A stretch of 64,000 bases of DNA from Dehalococcoidia bacterium (GTDB lineage Bacteria > Chloroflexota > Dehalococcoidia > UBA6926), in contig CBDEUZ010000007.1 in assembly GCA_965243495.1 (NCBI GenBank), positions 295,743-359,742 on the forward strand, given 5' to 3'. The notes under the pieces were generated by a model that worked only from the letters and a program-made list of their open reading frames with translations, did no database searches and was not told the DNA's origin. Positions 1-10,184 of the stretch are shown here, piece after piece. The position numbers and the translations under genes were made by a program. How positions within the stretch are numbered: the stretch's first letter is position 1; the number at the start of each line of letters is the position of its first letter.

Positions 1-100
1 GTCGCAGCATGACGTGACCTCCCCCGTTCACTGCGGGAAAAGGTATCAGAACGCGCGTTCTTAGTCAAGAATAGAACCGGCGCGGGGGAAGTGAAGACGT

Positions 101-1201
101 CTAGAACTCGATCAGCGCCCGGCCAACTACTTCCCCACGCCCAAGGGCCGCATAGGCATCATTGACCTGTTCGATGCTGTAGCGGCGCGTAATGATGCGC
201 GGACTCACGTCAACGACCCCCCGCTCCACCAGGTTCAGAATCTGCGGCATGTCTGTCCCTGCCCTTGCACCGTAGGAGCCGATAATGCGCACGCCGCGCC
301 GCACAATCCGTGTGATCTCCAGCGGCACCGTCTCTCCGGCGGAGGCGATTCCAATCATCACGACACGCCCACCATCCACCACAGACTGGAAGGCCTGCTG
401 CACTGTATCCGGCTTGCCTAGGGCCTCAAACGCCGCATCGACCCCGCTTCCGCCGGTAATCTCCTTGATGCGGGCAGGCACGTCCACATGCGCAGCATTA
501 ATGGAGTGAGTCGCGCCAAACGACTGCGCAAGCTCGAGCTTGGCATCATCGATATCCACTGCAATGAGCGGCGACGCGCCCACCGCAGCGGCAATCTGCA
601 CGACGTTTGTGCCAACACCACCCACGCCAACAACTGCCGCGCTCTCCCCCATGTGCAGCTCTGCCTGGTTGCGAACTGCCCCATACGCCGTGAACACGCT
701 GCAGCCGATGATGGCGGCCTCTCGCAAAGAGATGGTGTCCGGCAGACGAAAGACGGAGGACGCTGGCGTCACGGCATACTCTCCAAGCGCCCCCATGCTG
801 TACATCCATACCGGTGATCCGTCAGGCCGCGCCAGCCGCGTCGTGCCGTCGTAGAGCTGCCCCTTGAGACGGTTGTAGGCGAAGAATGTCTCGCACATGT
901 CATCCCGGCCCCTGCGGCAGAACGAACACGCCCTGCACGGCATGATGAAACTGCACACGACGCGATCTCCAACCGCAACGTTTGTCACACCGTCCCCAAC
1001 GGCCTCCACGATGCCGGATGTCTCATGACCGAGTACGCACGGCGTGGGAAAAGCGACCTCGCCCTTCATCACATGCAGGTCCGTATGGCACACGCCGGTC
1101 GCGGCAACCTTAAGCAGCACTTCATCGGCGCGCGGCGAAGGCGTCGGCAGGTCCTCAACCGTCATCGGCTGATTGATTTCATTGAGGATTGCAGCCTTCA
1201 C
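101..1201 (-). CDS. Zn-dependent alcohol dehydrogenase (medium-chain dehydrogenase/reductase family)
   Basis: 366 aa ORF. Catalytic Zn motif GVCHTDLHVMKGEV, structural Zn Cys cluster CRACSFCRRGRDDMCE, and a GxGxxG Rossmann motif VVGVGGVG. Confidence 0.85.
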   Translation of the reverse strand: MKAAILNEINQPMTVEDLPTPSPRADEVLLKVAATGVCHTDLHVMKGEVAFPTPCVLGHETSGIVEAVGDGVTNVAVGDRVVCSFIMPCRACSFCRRGRDDMCETFFAYNRLKGQLYDGTTRLARPDGSPVWMYSMGALGEYAVTPASSVFRLPDTISLREAAIIGCSVFTAYGAVRNQAELHMGESAAVVGVGGVGTNVVQIAAAVGASPLIAVDIDDAKLELAQSFGATHSINAAHVDVPARIKEITGGSGVDAAFEALGKPDTVQQAFQSVVDGGRVVMIGIASAGETVPLEITRIVRRGVRIIGSYGARAGTDMPQILNLVERGVVDVSPRIITRRYSIEQVNDAYAALGRGEVVGRALIEF

Positions 1202-1304
1202 TGATACCTCCCGTCATTCCCGCGAAAGCGGGAATCTTAGACCTGGAGTGCGATCCAACACCTTCCGCCACTCCCGTTGGCTTCTTGTTGTCCTGACTGC
1301 GTAG

Positions 1305-2114
1305 CTACCTACGTGCCAACACGCCCAACTGCGCGTACATGTAGAACGGCCACTCGGACTCCGCAAACCGCGTCCACGCCGCCGAAATCCTGTCCAAATC
1401 GGTCTGCTCCGCCAGCCCGTACGCGAGGGCATCGGCCCCCACGTTGGAGTGCAAAATCCGCTGCGACCACATATTGCCCCAGAAGCGCGCCTCGTCGCCG
1501 TCCATAACCACCACATTGGAGTGAATCTCATAGTCCTGAAATCCTGTTTCACGCACCCAACGGGTGAGATGACGCCCAGCATCCGGCTCCGCCCCGTTGT
1601 GATACGCGACCCGATGATAGAGGCTGCTCCATTCGTCAAACTCCGGGAATTTGGGCGATGGGCACATTGTGGCGTAGTCCGTTTCACGCACACAGAGAAT
1701 CCCGCCCGGCTTGAGCACGCGCCGCATCTCACGCAGCGCTAATGGCTGATCGGTCAGGTGCTGCAGGAGCTGATTTGAATACACGACATCAAACGTGCCG
1801 TCCTCGTAATCAAGTTGATAAACGTCGCCAAAAGTAAATGTCACGTTGCCCACGCCCTCGGCCGCCGCATATTCCCGCGCCTGCGCCAGTATCTCTTCGG
1901 ACAGATCAATGCCAATCACTTCCCCCGGCGCAACTGCCCGCGCCAGCCCCGTAGTGATTGTTCCCGGCCCGCATCCGGCGTCAAGCAGGCGCATTCCGGC
2001 CTTCAGGTGCGGGAGCAGAAACCACGCTTCTCCTTCCGCGCGACGCCGGGCGTGGTTCTGCACCACAGATGCGTGGTGCCCGTGCGTATAGCGATCCCGC
2101 GGAACGTCAGTCAT
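1305..2114 (-). CDS. class I SAM-dependent methyltransferase (type 11-like)
   Basis: 269 aa. SAM-binding motif LDAGCGPGTITTGLA followed by motif II GEVIGIDLS. Confidence 0.8.
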   Translation of the reverse strand: MTDVPRDRYTHGHHASVVQNHARRRAEGEAWFLLPHLKAGMRLLDAGCGPGTITTGLARAVAPGEVIGIDLSEEILAQAREYAAAEGVGNVTFTFGDVYQLDYEDGTFDVVYSNQLLQHLTDQPLALREMRRVLKPGGILCVRETDYATMCPSPKFPEFDEWSSLYHRVAYHNGAEPDAGRHLTRWVRETGFQDYEIHSNVVVMDGDEARFWGNMWSQRILHSNVGADALAYGLAEQTDLDRISAAWTRFAESEWPFYMYAQLGVLARR

Positions 2115-2168
2115 TCGTGGTCCTCCCGCATCCCACTATGATCTACCCTTCGCGCGGTATTCTGGACT

Positions 2169-2360
2169 ATGGCCTTTTCTCTGCCAACTCTTGCTCCCGT
2201 CCTACCCGCCCATGCCCTGACCGGAATGGGAGGATGGGCCGACGAAATCATCAGCTTTGGATTCATCATCGCCATCATTGCCATCCTGATGGTGATGTCC
2301 CGTCTTGGCCGGCGCAAGCGACTCCGCGAAGAGGAGCAGGAGCGCCGCTCTACTGATTAG
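2169..2360 (+). CDS. small hypothetical membrane protein
   Basis: 63 aa ORF with a hydrophobic helix (IISFGFIIAIIAILMVM) and a basic C-terminal tail. No homology call was possible. It overlaps the tsaB stop convergently. Confidence 0.3.
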   Translation: MAFSLPTLAPVLPAHALTGMGGWADEIISFGFIIAIIAILMVMSRLGRRKRLREEEQERRSTD

Positions 2361-3063
2361 CCGCCACTTGCGCCTCTGCGCGCTCCACTGCCGCCGGCGG
2401 CCTGAGATACAACGGTTCCAGCGTCGCAACATCATCAACGTCGCCGCGCCTCAGGCGCAACAGGCCCAGCCGCGCTGCGTTCGCAGCCGTCCTAGTTCGA
2501 ACAACGTCGGGCGCGATTGCCAGCGCTTGCCCGAGGCCATCCCGCGCCAGGTCCGCCAACGCCTCATCGAACTCGCCCGTCAGAACACAGTCCTCGCCGC
2601 GCCCAGCCATCCGCGCAACCAACTCCTCCGGCGAGAGGATTGCCTCCTCCACGAGTTGCTCGATCCCATGCTCGTCTGACGCCCTATAAGCTGCGGCGGC
2701 ATACTGTCCCCGCCCCGCATTGACCACCGACCACACCGGCCTCTCAAGATGAACGGCCCCATACGCCGCAGTGGCCAGCGTTCCCACGCCGACAATCGGC
2801 ACATCAAGCCCCTGCGCGAGGCCCTTGGCCGTCGCAAGGCCGATGCGAATACCCGTGAAGCTCCCCGGCCCGCGTGTGGCAACGACACCGGTCAAATCGT
2901 TCCTCGTAATTCCCGCCAGCATCATCACGTGTTGCAGAGTCGGATGCACATGCATCGTGTGATTGCGTCCCGCCCGCCACGTGAGTTCCGCTGCGATTCC
3001 CCCCTCCGGATGAGCAATAGCAACGCTCGCCGTCTCCGTTGCCGTGTCGATAGCGATAATCAT
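2350..3063 (-). CDS. tsaB: tRNA threonylcarbamoyladenosine biosynthesis protein TsaB
   Basis: 237 aa. N-terminal MIIAIDTATETASVAI, as in YeaZ/TsaB. It overlaps tsaE by 4 nt. Confidence 0.85.
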   Translation of the reverse strand: MIIAIDTATETASVAIAHPEGGIAAELTWRAGRNHTMHVHPTLQHVMMLAGITRNDLTGVVATRGPGSFTGIRIGLATAKGLAQGLDVPIVGVGTLATAAYGAVHLERPVWSVVNAGRGQYAAAAYRASDEHGIEQLVEEAILSPEELVARMAGRGEDCVLTGEFDEALADLARDGLGQALAIAPDVVRTRTAANAARLGLLRLRRGDVDDVATLEPLYLRPPAAVERAEAQVAANQ

Positions 3064-3563
3064 TCCGTCGCCCCAACACCTTCGGGCAGCTGACTCAGCG
3101 CCTGTGCGGACACTGGCCCGCTAGCTGTTGCTGACAGCCGCCGTTCCGAGTCCGAAAGATACTCGATCCGAATCTCCAGCCGATCGTCCGGGAAAATCGA
3201 CGTCGCCCTATCCGCCCATTCCACCGCCAGCACGCCATCACTGCCCAGGTAATCGTCCAGCCCCAGCTCCCACGCCTCTGCGGAATCGTCGATGCGATAA
3301 AGGTCCATGTGGAAGAGCGGCAGCCTGCCCTGGTACTCATTGACCAAAACAAACGAGGGACTCTTCGTATACGCCGTCACGCCCAGCCCATCGGCAAGGC
3401 CCTGCGTTAGTGTCGTCTTTCCCGCGCCAAGCTGGCCGATAAGCAGCACCAGCGTCCCGGCCTCAACCGCCCCGCCAATCGCCCGCCCAATTTCTTTCGT
3501 CTCATCCGCGGAGCGCGAAACGCCGCTCCATTCATGCGTCGCCATACAAATAGCGTAGCGCAT
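3060..3563 (-). CDS. tsaE: tRNA threonylcarbamoyladenosine biosynthesis ATPase TsaE
   Basis: 167 aa. P-loop LLIGQLGAGKTTLTQGLA, typical of YjeE/TsaE. Confidence 0.85.
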   Translation of the reverse strand: MRYAICMATHEWSGVSRSADETKEIGRAIGGAVEAGTLVLLIGQLGAGKTTLTQGLADGLGVTAYTKSPSFVLVNEYQGRLPLFHMDLYRIDDSAEAWELGLDDYLGSDGVLAVEWADRATSIFPDDRLEIRIEYLSDSERRLSATASGPVSAQALSQLPEGVGATE

Positions 3564-3576
3564 AGCTGCACGTGCC

Positions 3577-4944
3577 TTACCCCGCCTTCAAGAATCTCGG
3601 TCTAATCGCCGCCACAATCACCACGGACACCGTCAACGCGCCGCCCAGAATAGCAAGAGCCCAGCCCGCCCCGTACGCAGAGCCCATATACCCCGCAACA
3701 AGACTCCCAATGGGCACAAATCCGCGGTCGAGCAGGTACAGGCTGATAACACGACCATGAAACTCGCTCTCCGTCTGTGTGAGCAGCATCCCGTTTGTCA
3801 GCACGCGTTGGCTTGAGTCCAACAGGCCCAACAGGATCATGAGCGCCAGCGCGAGGATGAGCCATGGCGCAGCCCCCAGCGCGGAGAGAACGACACCGCT
3901 CAGTGCCATCGTGACCACGATTAACATGCCCTTGTTTCGCACATTGCCGAGGTAGGCGAGAATCGTCGGTCCGATAATCGACCCGATCCCCATGAACGTC
4001 AGCAAGCCGCCGAACAGTGTCGCCCCCGTGTTCTGGTTTAGATTGAACGCGTCGGCAATCGTCAGCAGCCAATCGGCGTTGGGCGCGAATCGTTCGTCTG
4101 CTACCTCCGGCAGCAGTACCATGAACGGCTGCAGGAACATCAACGACAACAGGCCTAGCAGTAGTAGCAGGAAAATGTTGACGTGTTGGCGGACGTAGAG
4201 CAAACCCTCCCACGTGTCCCGCAGCGCGCCTGAAACGCCCATGCTTTCCGCGCCCCGCTGCATCAGCGGATACGTCTTCATCCACAGCCACGCAGCGATG
4301 ATTGCGAACTCCAGCAGGATGATGATGATGAAAACCATCTCAAAGCCCGACACTGCAATGAGAATGCCGGTGAAGAGCGGGGCGATTATCCGCGTTCCGT
4401 TGAGTGAGAACTGCTGTAGCGCAACGGCGTTCGCAACGCGCTCCCTGCCGACAATCGCCGGGATGAGCGCCTGCCTCCCGGGCTGATTGAATGCAATCAT
4501 CGCCCCTCGCGCTGCGAACAGCGCATATGCATGCCACAACTCCAGTTGATCCTCCAACAAGAGAAGCAGGAGCACAACGTAGATGACCAGGATGCCCACC
4601 TGGGTAACCACCAGGATGGTCTTGCGGTTGACGCGATCAGCGAGCACGCCCGCCGGAATCGCGAGGAACAGTATGGGTATCGTTCGCCAGAAATTGACCC
4701 AGCCGACGGCGACGGGGTCTCCCGTTATCTCCCAGACCAGCCAACTGCGCGCAACAATCTCCATCCATAGGGTGAGCGCGTGCATGCTCACACCCACCCA
4801 AAGGATGCGGTAATCGCGGACGGCGAATGCCGAGACGGCCTCCCTAAGCGAGGCGCGGCCTCTGGGGGTGCGTCGCCCTTCTAAAGGCTCGTCGGGCGCG
4901 CTCGTCCCCTGCTCGGTGTCCGTGCCTGGGTTGCGGGGGCGCAC
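3577..4944 (-). CDS. MFS transporter
   Basis: 455 aa with multiple hydrophobic helices. Paralogous to the adjacent ORF, downstream of marR. Confidence 0.85.
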   Translation of the reverse strand: MRPRNPGTDTEQGTSAPDEPLEGRRTPRGRASLREAVSAFAVRDYRILWVGVSMHALTLWMEIVARSWLVWEITGDPVAVGWVNFWRTIPILFLAIPAGVLADRVNRKTILVVTQVGILVIYVVLLLLLLEDQLELWHAYALFAARGAMIAFNQPGRQALIPAIVGRERVANAVALQQFSLNGTRIIAPLFTGILIAVSGFEMVFIIIILLEFAIIAAWLWMKTYPLMQRGAESMGVSGALRDTWEGLLYVRQHVNIFLLLLLGLLSLMFLQPFMVLLPEVADERFAPNADWLLTIADAFNLNQNTGATLFGGLLTFMGIGSIIGPTILAYLGNVRNKGMLIVVTMALSGVVLSALGAAPWLILALALMILLGLLDSSQRVLTNGMLLTQTESEFHGRVISLYLLDRGFVPIGSLVAGYMGSAYGAGWALAILGGALTVSVVIVAAIRPRFLKAG

Positions 4945-4959
4945 CGTGGAGAGTCCGGC

Positions 4960-6366
4960 CTAGTCCAGCTGTCGGAGACGCTTCACGAAGACCGTGAAGA
5001 AAATCGTGACTGTCAGAAGCAGGATGGCGGAACCGCCCACGGCGAGTTGAGCGCCGGAGAAACCGCCCTGCTGTCCAATGACATCCGCAAGGACGCCAAC
5101 AAAAAATACGCCGAAGTTCGTCATGCCCCAGTTGAGCATGTAGATGCTCATCACCCGGCCGCGGTGCTCATCGTCCGAGTACACCTGCGCCAGCGTGTTG
5201 CTGAGTGCCATCCGCCCTGCCTGCGCGAATCCCAGCGGAATGAACACGATGAATGCGATGAGATACGAATTCGTAAAGCTGAATATGATCAGCGACACCG
5301 CCATCACAAACATGCTGATCAGCAGCCACAAACCGCGTTTCTTGTCCTCCATCGTCGCAACAAAAATGGAACCGATGAGTGCCCCGATACCGGAGATGCT
5401 GATGAGCAGGCCCTGTCGCGCGGACGATTCGTCCAGCGTGTCAAATAGTGGTCCCACCAGCGGCAGCGATGTGAATACCGTGAGCCGGGATGGGTCAACT
5501 GTGAGGATGGTGTCCGTAAAGGCGGGGAGCAGGAACATGTACGGCATCGACAACACGAATGAGAACAGGGCGAATATCAGGAGCGTGAGAACGGCGGTAT
5601 TGTGCCTGATATACGTGAAGCCCTCGCCCACCTGCCGCAGCATCCCCGAGCCCCGCAGCGCCACAGCGCCCGTCAGAGGGACGCCCATCAGGATGAAAAC
5701 GCCGCCGCCGTACAGCACCGCCATGATGTAGTACACGCCCTCGATGTCCCACAGGGCGATCAGGAATCCTGCCAGCGCCGGGCCCATCAGGCGGAGCAGG
5801 TTCATCGCCGCGCCGTTCAACGCAACCGCGTTCGTGATCATGTTCGCGCCCACAAGCTCCGGGATGATCGCCTGCCGCGCGGGCATCATCAGCGCCATCA
5901 CCATTCCCTGCAGGAACGACGCAATCAACAGGTGCCACACGGTGATCGAACCGAGCGTGATTGACATTGCCACGCCAACCGTGATGACCGTCGACAGGAT
6001 TTGTCCGACGACGAGCACCTGTTTCTTCGGAATGCGATCGGCAAGCACCCCGCCGAACAGGGAGAGTGTCAGCATCGGCACCGCATTCGCCAGCGCCACG
6101 GCGCCCAGCATCGTTACACTGCCGTCGTTCGTGCCGGGCGTCTTGGAAAGCTCGTAGACGTACCAGGAGCGCGCCATCATCTGCATGTTCAACGCGCCCA
6201 TCTGGGCGAGAACAAACAGGAAATACAGGCGGTAGGCAGGTACCGTCAGCGAGGCGATCGCTCGAAATCCAACGCTGCGTTTCTCTGTAACCGGACCGGG
6301 TCCCTGTCGGAGGCCGGGTCCCCCCCGCGATCCGCCCGGGCCGCCCTCCGGCCCTCCGCCCATCAT
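4960..6366 (-). CDS. MFS transporter
   Basis: 468 aa, 12-TMS-like hydropathy. The start is 4 nt overlapped by the upstream marR. The Gly/Pro-rich N-terminus may be over-extended. Confidence 0.85.
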   Translation of the reverse strand: MMGGGPEGGPGGSRGGPGLRQGPGPVTEKRSVGFRAIASLTVPAYRLYFLFVLAQMGALNMQMMARSWYVYELSKTPGTNDGSVTMLGAVALANAVPMLTLSLFGGVLADRIPKKQVLVVGQILSTVITVGVAMSITLGSITVWHLLIASFLQGMVMALMMPARQAIIPELVGANMITNAVALNGAAMNLLRLMGPALAGFLIALWDIEGVYYIMAVLYGGGVFILMGVPLTGAVALRGSGMLRQVGEGFTYIRHNTAVLTLLIFALFSFVLSMPYMFLLPAFTDTILTVDPSRLTVFTSLPLVGPLFDTLDESSARQGLLISISGIGALIGSIFVATMEDKKRGLWLLISMFVMAVSLIIFSFTNSYLIAFIVFIPLGFAQAGRMALSNTLAQVYSDDEHRGRVMSIYMLNWGMTNFGVFFVGVLADVIGQQGGFSGAQLAVGGSAILLLTVTIFFTVFVKRLRQLD

Positions 6367-6926
6367 GAGGAGGCGTTCTCCTCATGCTCGGATGCGGCAG
6401 CTTCGTCCTGCCCCAGGCGTTCCAGCCCCTCCAGCAGAATCGTCAGACCGCGCTGGGCTTCTTTTGCCTCTTCATCGGTCAGGCCGTTCAGGCGCTCCCC
6501 CCACTCGCGACGGCGCAGCGTGAGCAGCCGCTCAGCGAGGTCCACGCCCTCCGGCGTCAGGTGACACACGTTGGAGCGGCGGTCCGCGGGATCCTGCCAG
6601 CGTTCCACCAACCCACGCTCCACAAGCCGGTCGATGACTCCCGTCGCAGTTGAGAGGGAGGTGCCAAGCTGTTTGGCCACAATCCCCATACGGCAATCGC
6701 CGTGCCTGCGCAGCGCAAAGAGCGCCCGCAGCTGGGGCATCGTGAGTTCCACCGTGAACCAATCGTCATGGACGGACGGCCTGAGCAGACGCAGGATGTA
6801 TTCGATATCGCCAATCAGCCGCTGCGTCGTCGGATTGGCGGCGCGCGCCGGCTCATCTGGCGTAGTTACACCGCTTCCGGATCGTTCTTGCACAGCCGAA
6901 TGTCCACTCGTTCCCAATACTTTCAC
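6363..6926 (-). CDS. MarR family transcriptional regulator
   Basis: 187 aa with a winged-HTH region (LRALFALRRHGDCRMGIVAKQLGTSLSTATGVIDRLVERGLVERWQDPADRR). GTG start, first gene of the marR-MFS-MFS operon. Confidence 0.85.
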   Translation of the reverse strand: MKVLGTSGHSAVQERSGSGVTTPDEPARAANPTTQRLIGDIEYILRLLRPSVHDDWFTVELTMPQLRALFALRRHGDCRMGIVAKQLGTSLSTATGVIDRLVERGLVERWQDPADRRSNVCHLTPEGVDLAERLLTLRRREWGERLNGLTDEEAKEAQRGLTILLEGLERLGQDEAAASEHEENASS

Positions 6927-6939
6927 TTGCCCAAAGTAT

Positions 6940-6961
6940 TTGACTCAGCAGTACATGTCAA
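6940..6961. promoter_or_regulatory. imperfect palindrome TTGACtcagcagtacatGTCAA immediately upstream of marR (candidate MarR operator/promoter)
   Basis: The inverted repeat TTGAC...GTCAA sits 14 nt upstream of the marR GTG start. Confidence 0.25.
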
Positions 6962-7120
6962 CACTCTTTTTTCGTCATTCCCGCGAAAGCGGGAATCTGG
7001 AACGCGGAGCCCAACCGGTCACGGTAACGCCTCCCCTGCCATGCGCATACCGCCAAATACCTCTGCTACCCTATTGAAGACGTTTCCCCAGAGTCGCCAC
7101 ACAGGAGACACGAACACGCA

Positions 7121-7579
7121 ATGGCAGTAGAACGCACCCTCATCCTGATCAAGCCTGATGCCGTACAGCGCGGCCTGACGGGCGAAATTCTCGGACGTTT
7201 CGAGAAGCGCGGCCTCAAGATTGTCGGCGCAAAGTTCATGCGTGTTGAACGTGCGCTCGCAGAACAGCACTACGCCGAACACGTCGGCAAGCCATTCCTC
7301 CCCGGGCTGCTGGACTTCATCACGTCCTCGCCGTTGCTGGCGATGGTGTTGGAAGGAGAACGTGCCATCGAGCTTGCCCGTCAGACAATGGGAGCGACGG
7401 ATCCTGGAAAGGCCGCCACCGGCAGCATCCGTGCGGACCTCGGCTTGTCAGTTGGCTTGAACCTGGTCCACGGCTCGGACGGTGTTGAATCTGCGGCGCG
7501 CGAAGTGGCTCTCTGGTTCGACGAATCCGAGTTGATCGACTACCAACAGGCCACGGAGCAGTGGCTCATTGAATCCTGA
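7121..7579 (+). CDS. ndk: nucleoside-diphosphate kinase
   Basis: 152 aa, N-terminal ERTLILIKPDAVQRGL plus the catalytic His region. Confidence 0.95.
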   Translation: MAVERTLILIKPDAVQRGLTGEILGRFEKRGLKIVGAKFMRVERALAEQHYAEHVGKPFLPGLLDFITSSPLLAMVLEGERAIELARQTMGATDPGKAATGSIRADLGLSVGLNLVHGSDGVESAAREVALWFDESELIDYQQATEQWLIES

Positions 7580-7949
7580 CCAGCGGCACGGCGCTGCGCC
7601 ACAACTGCTCCAGCCCATAGAGCTCACGTTGCTCCCCGGCAAAGATGTGGACGATCACGTCGTTAAAATCCATCAGGAGCCAGCCGGAGTCCGCGTCGCC
7701 TTCGGTGCGCAGCACCGCCTGGCCGGACTCCTTCAGCCCCTTGTGCATCGCCTCCCGGATCGCCTGCCCCTGCCTCTTGGACTCCACGGTCATCAGTACA
7801 AAGGCGTCCGCGTAACTGCAGATATTTCGCACGTCGAGCAGGAGGATGTCGCTGGCCTGCCGGTCCTCCGCAATTTCAACGGCTTTTCGCGCGAGCGCGA
7901 TGCCCTCGGTGGCAGGATCAGCGTTGGTGGATGTGGCCTGTTCCGTCAT
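7566..7949 (-). CDS. rsfS: ribosome silencing factor RsfS (iojap)
   Basis: 127 aa, ILLLDVRNICSYADAFVLMTVES motif. Confidence 0.9.
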   Translation of the reverse strand: MTEQATSTNADPATEGIALARKAVEIAEDRQASDILLLDVRNICSYADAFVLMTVESKRQGQAIREAMHKGLKESGQAVLRTEGDADSGWLLMDFNDVIVHIFAGEQRELYGLEQLWRSAVPLVRIQ

Positions 7950-8011
7950 GACGCCATACTACGCCACCCCGCCGAACCCAACAACGCACGCCAACCCCGT
8001 GAGGCCTGCTG

Positions 8012-8959
8012 ATGGACTCCCTCTCCGTCACCCTTGCCGTCATCGCACTCCTCATCGGGGCGATTGCCGATCTCCTCTACCGCGTGGCCCAGCAGCGCGG
8101 CATTGAAGCACCCAACTTTATCTTCTGGCAGTCCACCGTCTTCACGGCCATCATCTGGACGGTGGCCGTCTCAGGCTGGGTGCTCCTCTATACCGAGGGC
8201 CCCCTCGATTTCATCCGCAACAGCACCTGGTTCGATGATGGACGCGCGCTGGTCGGCGACATGATTGGCGCGAACTTCATCCACCCCAGCACATGGCTGT
8301 ACGGCCTGCCCGCCGGCGTACTCGGCTACCTGGGGCTGACGCTCTTTGTCGCAAGCCTTCGTACGGGAGACGCGAGTGTCAACGCTCCCATCTTCAGGCT
8401 CAACTTCGTCGTAACGGCGCTGGGCGCAATCATCATTCTCGGCGAGTCGGCCGACCCCCTAAAGATTGGCGGCATCCTGCTCGCCATTCTCGCCGTCCTC
8501 GTTCTCTTGAACGTCACGCAGATCACAGCCATCCGGTCCGACATCCGGTCAATCCTCTTTGCGCTTGCGGCATCCGGGTTCTTTGGTATCGCCGGTCTGG
8601 TCTCCAAGGCCGGCCTCGACACAGGCGACATCGGCGCGATCCCCATGGTTCTCACCCAGACCGTCGGTTTCCAGCAGGCCGCCATTATCACGCTGCTGAG
8701 GAGCCGCAATTTCGGCATTACCCGTACCGTCTTCAATTTCGCCCCGGGCATTGCGGTGCTGCAGGTGACGTGGGCCGTGCTCCTATTCGAGTCCCTTAGA
8801 ATCGGCGACGCCAGCATCAGCTATCCCATCGTGCAGATGAGTTTCGTCATCACTGCCATCCTCGCAGTCGTTTTCCTGCGCGAGGAGATGAACTGGAGCA
8901 AAGGCGGCGGCCTGGTATTGGCCATCATCGCTGTCGGCGTTCTCGGCCTCGCCGGTTGA
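8012..8959 (+). CDS. EamA/DMT-family membrane transporter
   Basis: 315 aa, ~10 hydrophobic helices in two homologous halves. Confidence 0.7.
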   Translation: MDSLSVTLAVIALLIGAIADLLYRVAQQRGIEAPNFIFWQSTVFTAIIWTVAVSGWVLLYTEGPLDFIRNSTWFDDGRALVGDMIGANFIHPSTWLYGLPAGVLGYLGLTLFVASLRTGDASVNAPIFRLNFVVTALGAIIILGESADPLKIGGILLAILAVLVLLNVTQITAIRSDIRSILFALAASGFFGIAGLVSKAGLDTGDIGAIPMVLTQTVGFQQAAIITLLRSRNFGITRTVFNFAPGIAVLQVTWAVLLFESLRIGDASISYPIVQMSFVITAILAVVFLREEMNWSKGGGLVLAIIAVGVLGLAG

Positions 8960-8986
8960 CGACGCTTTGCGCGCCTCACGCTCTGT

Positions 8987-10141
8987 TTGTATCGTAGAAG
9001 TGAAATGAGTACCTCAGAAAGAGTCATTGTCGCCATGAGTGGCGGAGTCGATTCCTCCGTCGCTGCCTACCTGCTCAAAGAGCAGGGCTACGACGTCATT
9101 GGCGTCACCATGCGCCTCTGGAGCGACGACGTTGAAGGCGCGTCACGACACAACCGCGCCTGCTGCTCCGTCGAAGATGTCTTCGACGCCAAGCGTGTCT
9201 GCCAGAAGCTCGACATGCCCCACTACGTCCTCAACATGGAGGAGGAATTCCGCAAGCACGTCATCGAGTACTTCATCCGTGAGTACAAGAACGGCCGCAC
9301 CCCCCATCCGTGCATCGCCTGCAACGACAAGATCAAGTTCGCGTTCTTCCTCCAGCGAGCATTGGCCCTTGAGGCCGACTGGATCGCCACTGGGCACTAC
9401 GTCCGCCGTCACGCCCATGCAGACGGCAGCATTGAACTGCACAAGGCCGTCGACACCTCCAAGGACCAGACGTACGTCCTCTATGGCCTCGGGCAGGAGG
9501 AACTGCGGCGTTCCCTGTTCCCCATTGGCGAGTTGCCCAAGCAGGACGTGCGCCGCATCGCCCATGAGCTTGAATTGCCCGTCGCGGACAAGCCGGACAG
9601 TCAGGAGATCTGCTTCGTTCCGTCCGGTGATTACCGTGCCTTTCTCTCCGAGCACATGACGCTGACGCCCGGCCCCATCCTGGACGTTGACGGCAAGCAC
9701 GTCGGCTCGCACATGGGGACCGCTGGCTATACCGTCGGACAGCGCAAGGGCCTTCCGCCCTCCCCCACAGGCCGCCGCATGTACGTCATCGACATCGACA
9801 CCACGGAGAACACCATCGTTATCGGCCCCGAGGATCACCTCCTCGCGACCGGACTGCGCGCAGCGCAGGCAACGTTCATCGACGGAGTCGCCCCTGTCGA
9901 CGGCCCAATGCGCGTGTCCGTCAAGGTGCGCTACAAGTCCCCCGAAGCACCCGCCCTCCTGATCCCGGACACGGACGGTGACGGATTCACCCTTGAGTTC
10001 GACGATCCGCAGCGCGCGGTGACGCCGGGCCAGGCCGTCGTTCTCTACGATGGCAGCCGAATGCTCGGCGGCGGTTTAATCGAGCGCGCAATGGCCATTG
10101 AGGGATCGCCCGACTCTGCATTAGCCGCCCAAGCGGTGTAA
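8987..10141 (+). CDS. mnmA: tRNA 2-thiouridine(34) synthase MnmA
   Basis: 384 aa, PP-loop VIVAMSGGVDSSVAAYLL and conserved Cys residues. Confidence 0.9.
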   Translation: MYRRSEMSTSERVIVAMSGGVDSSVAAYLLKEQGYDVIGVTMRLWSDDVEGASRHNRACCSVEDVFDAKRVCQKLDMPHYVLNMEEEFRKHVIEYFIREYKNGRTPHPCIACNDKIKFAFFLQRALALEADWIATGHYVRRHAHADGSIELHKAVDTSKDQTYVLYGLGQEELRRSLFPIGELPKQDVRRIAHELELPVADKPDSQEICFVPSGDYRAFLSEHMTLTPGPILDVDGKHVGSHMGTAGYTVGQRKGLPPSPTGRRMYVIDIDTTENTIVIGPEDHLLATGLRAAQATFIDGVAPVDGPMRVSVKVRYKSPEAPALLIPDTDGDGFTLEFDDPQRAVTPGQAVVLYDGSRMLGGGLIERAMAIEGSPDSALAAQAV

Positions 10142-10184
10142 AATCACCTTTGGGGACAAAGTGGACGCGAGTTAAGGGGAAATA

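Noticed and set aside
5495-6385. 296-aa ORF on the minus strand in another frame of the MFS gene (also 3602..4291 and 1214..1732)
   Set aside because: It is Arg/Gly/Ala-rich and overlaps a homology-supported membrane transporter in a different frame, so these are spurious GC-driven ORFs.
9039-9838. Alternative-frame ORFs inside mnmA (206 aa on + and 231 aa on -)
   Set aside because: They overlap a gene with clear PP-loop homology and have Ser/Thr/Arg low-complexity products.
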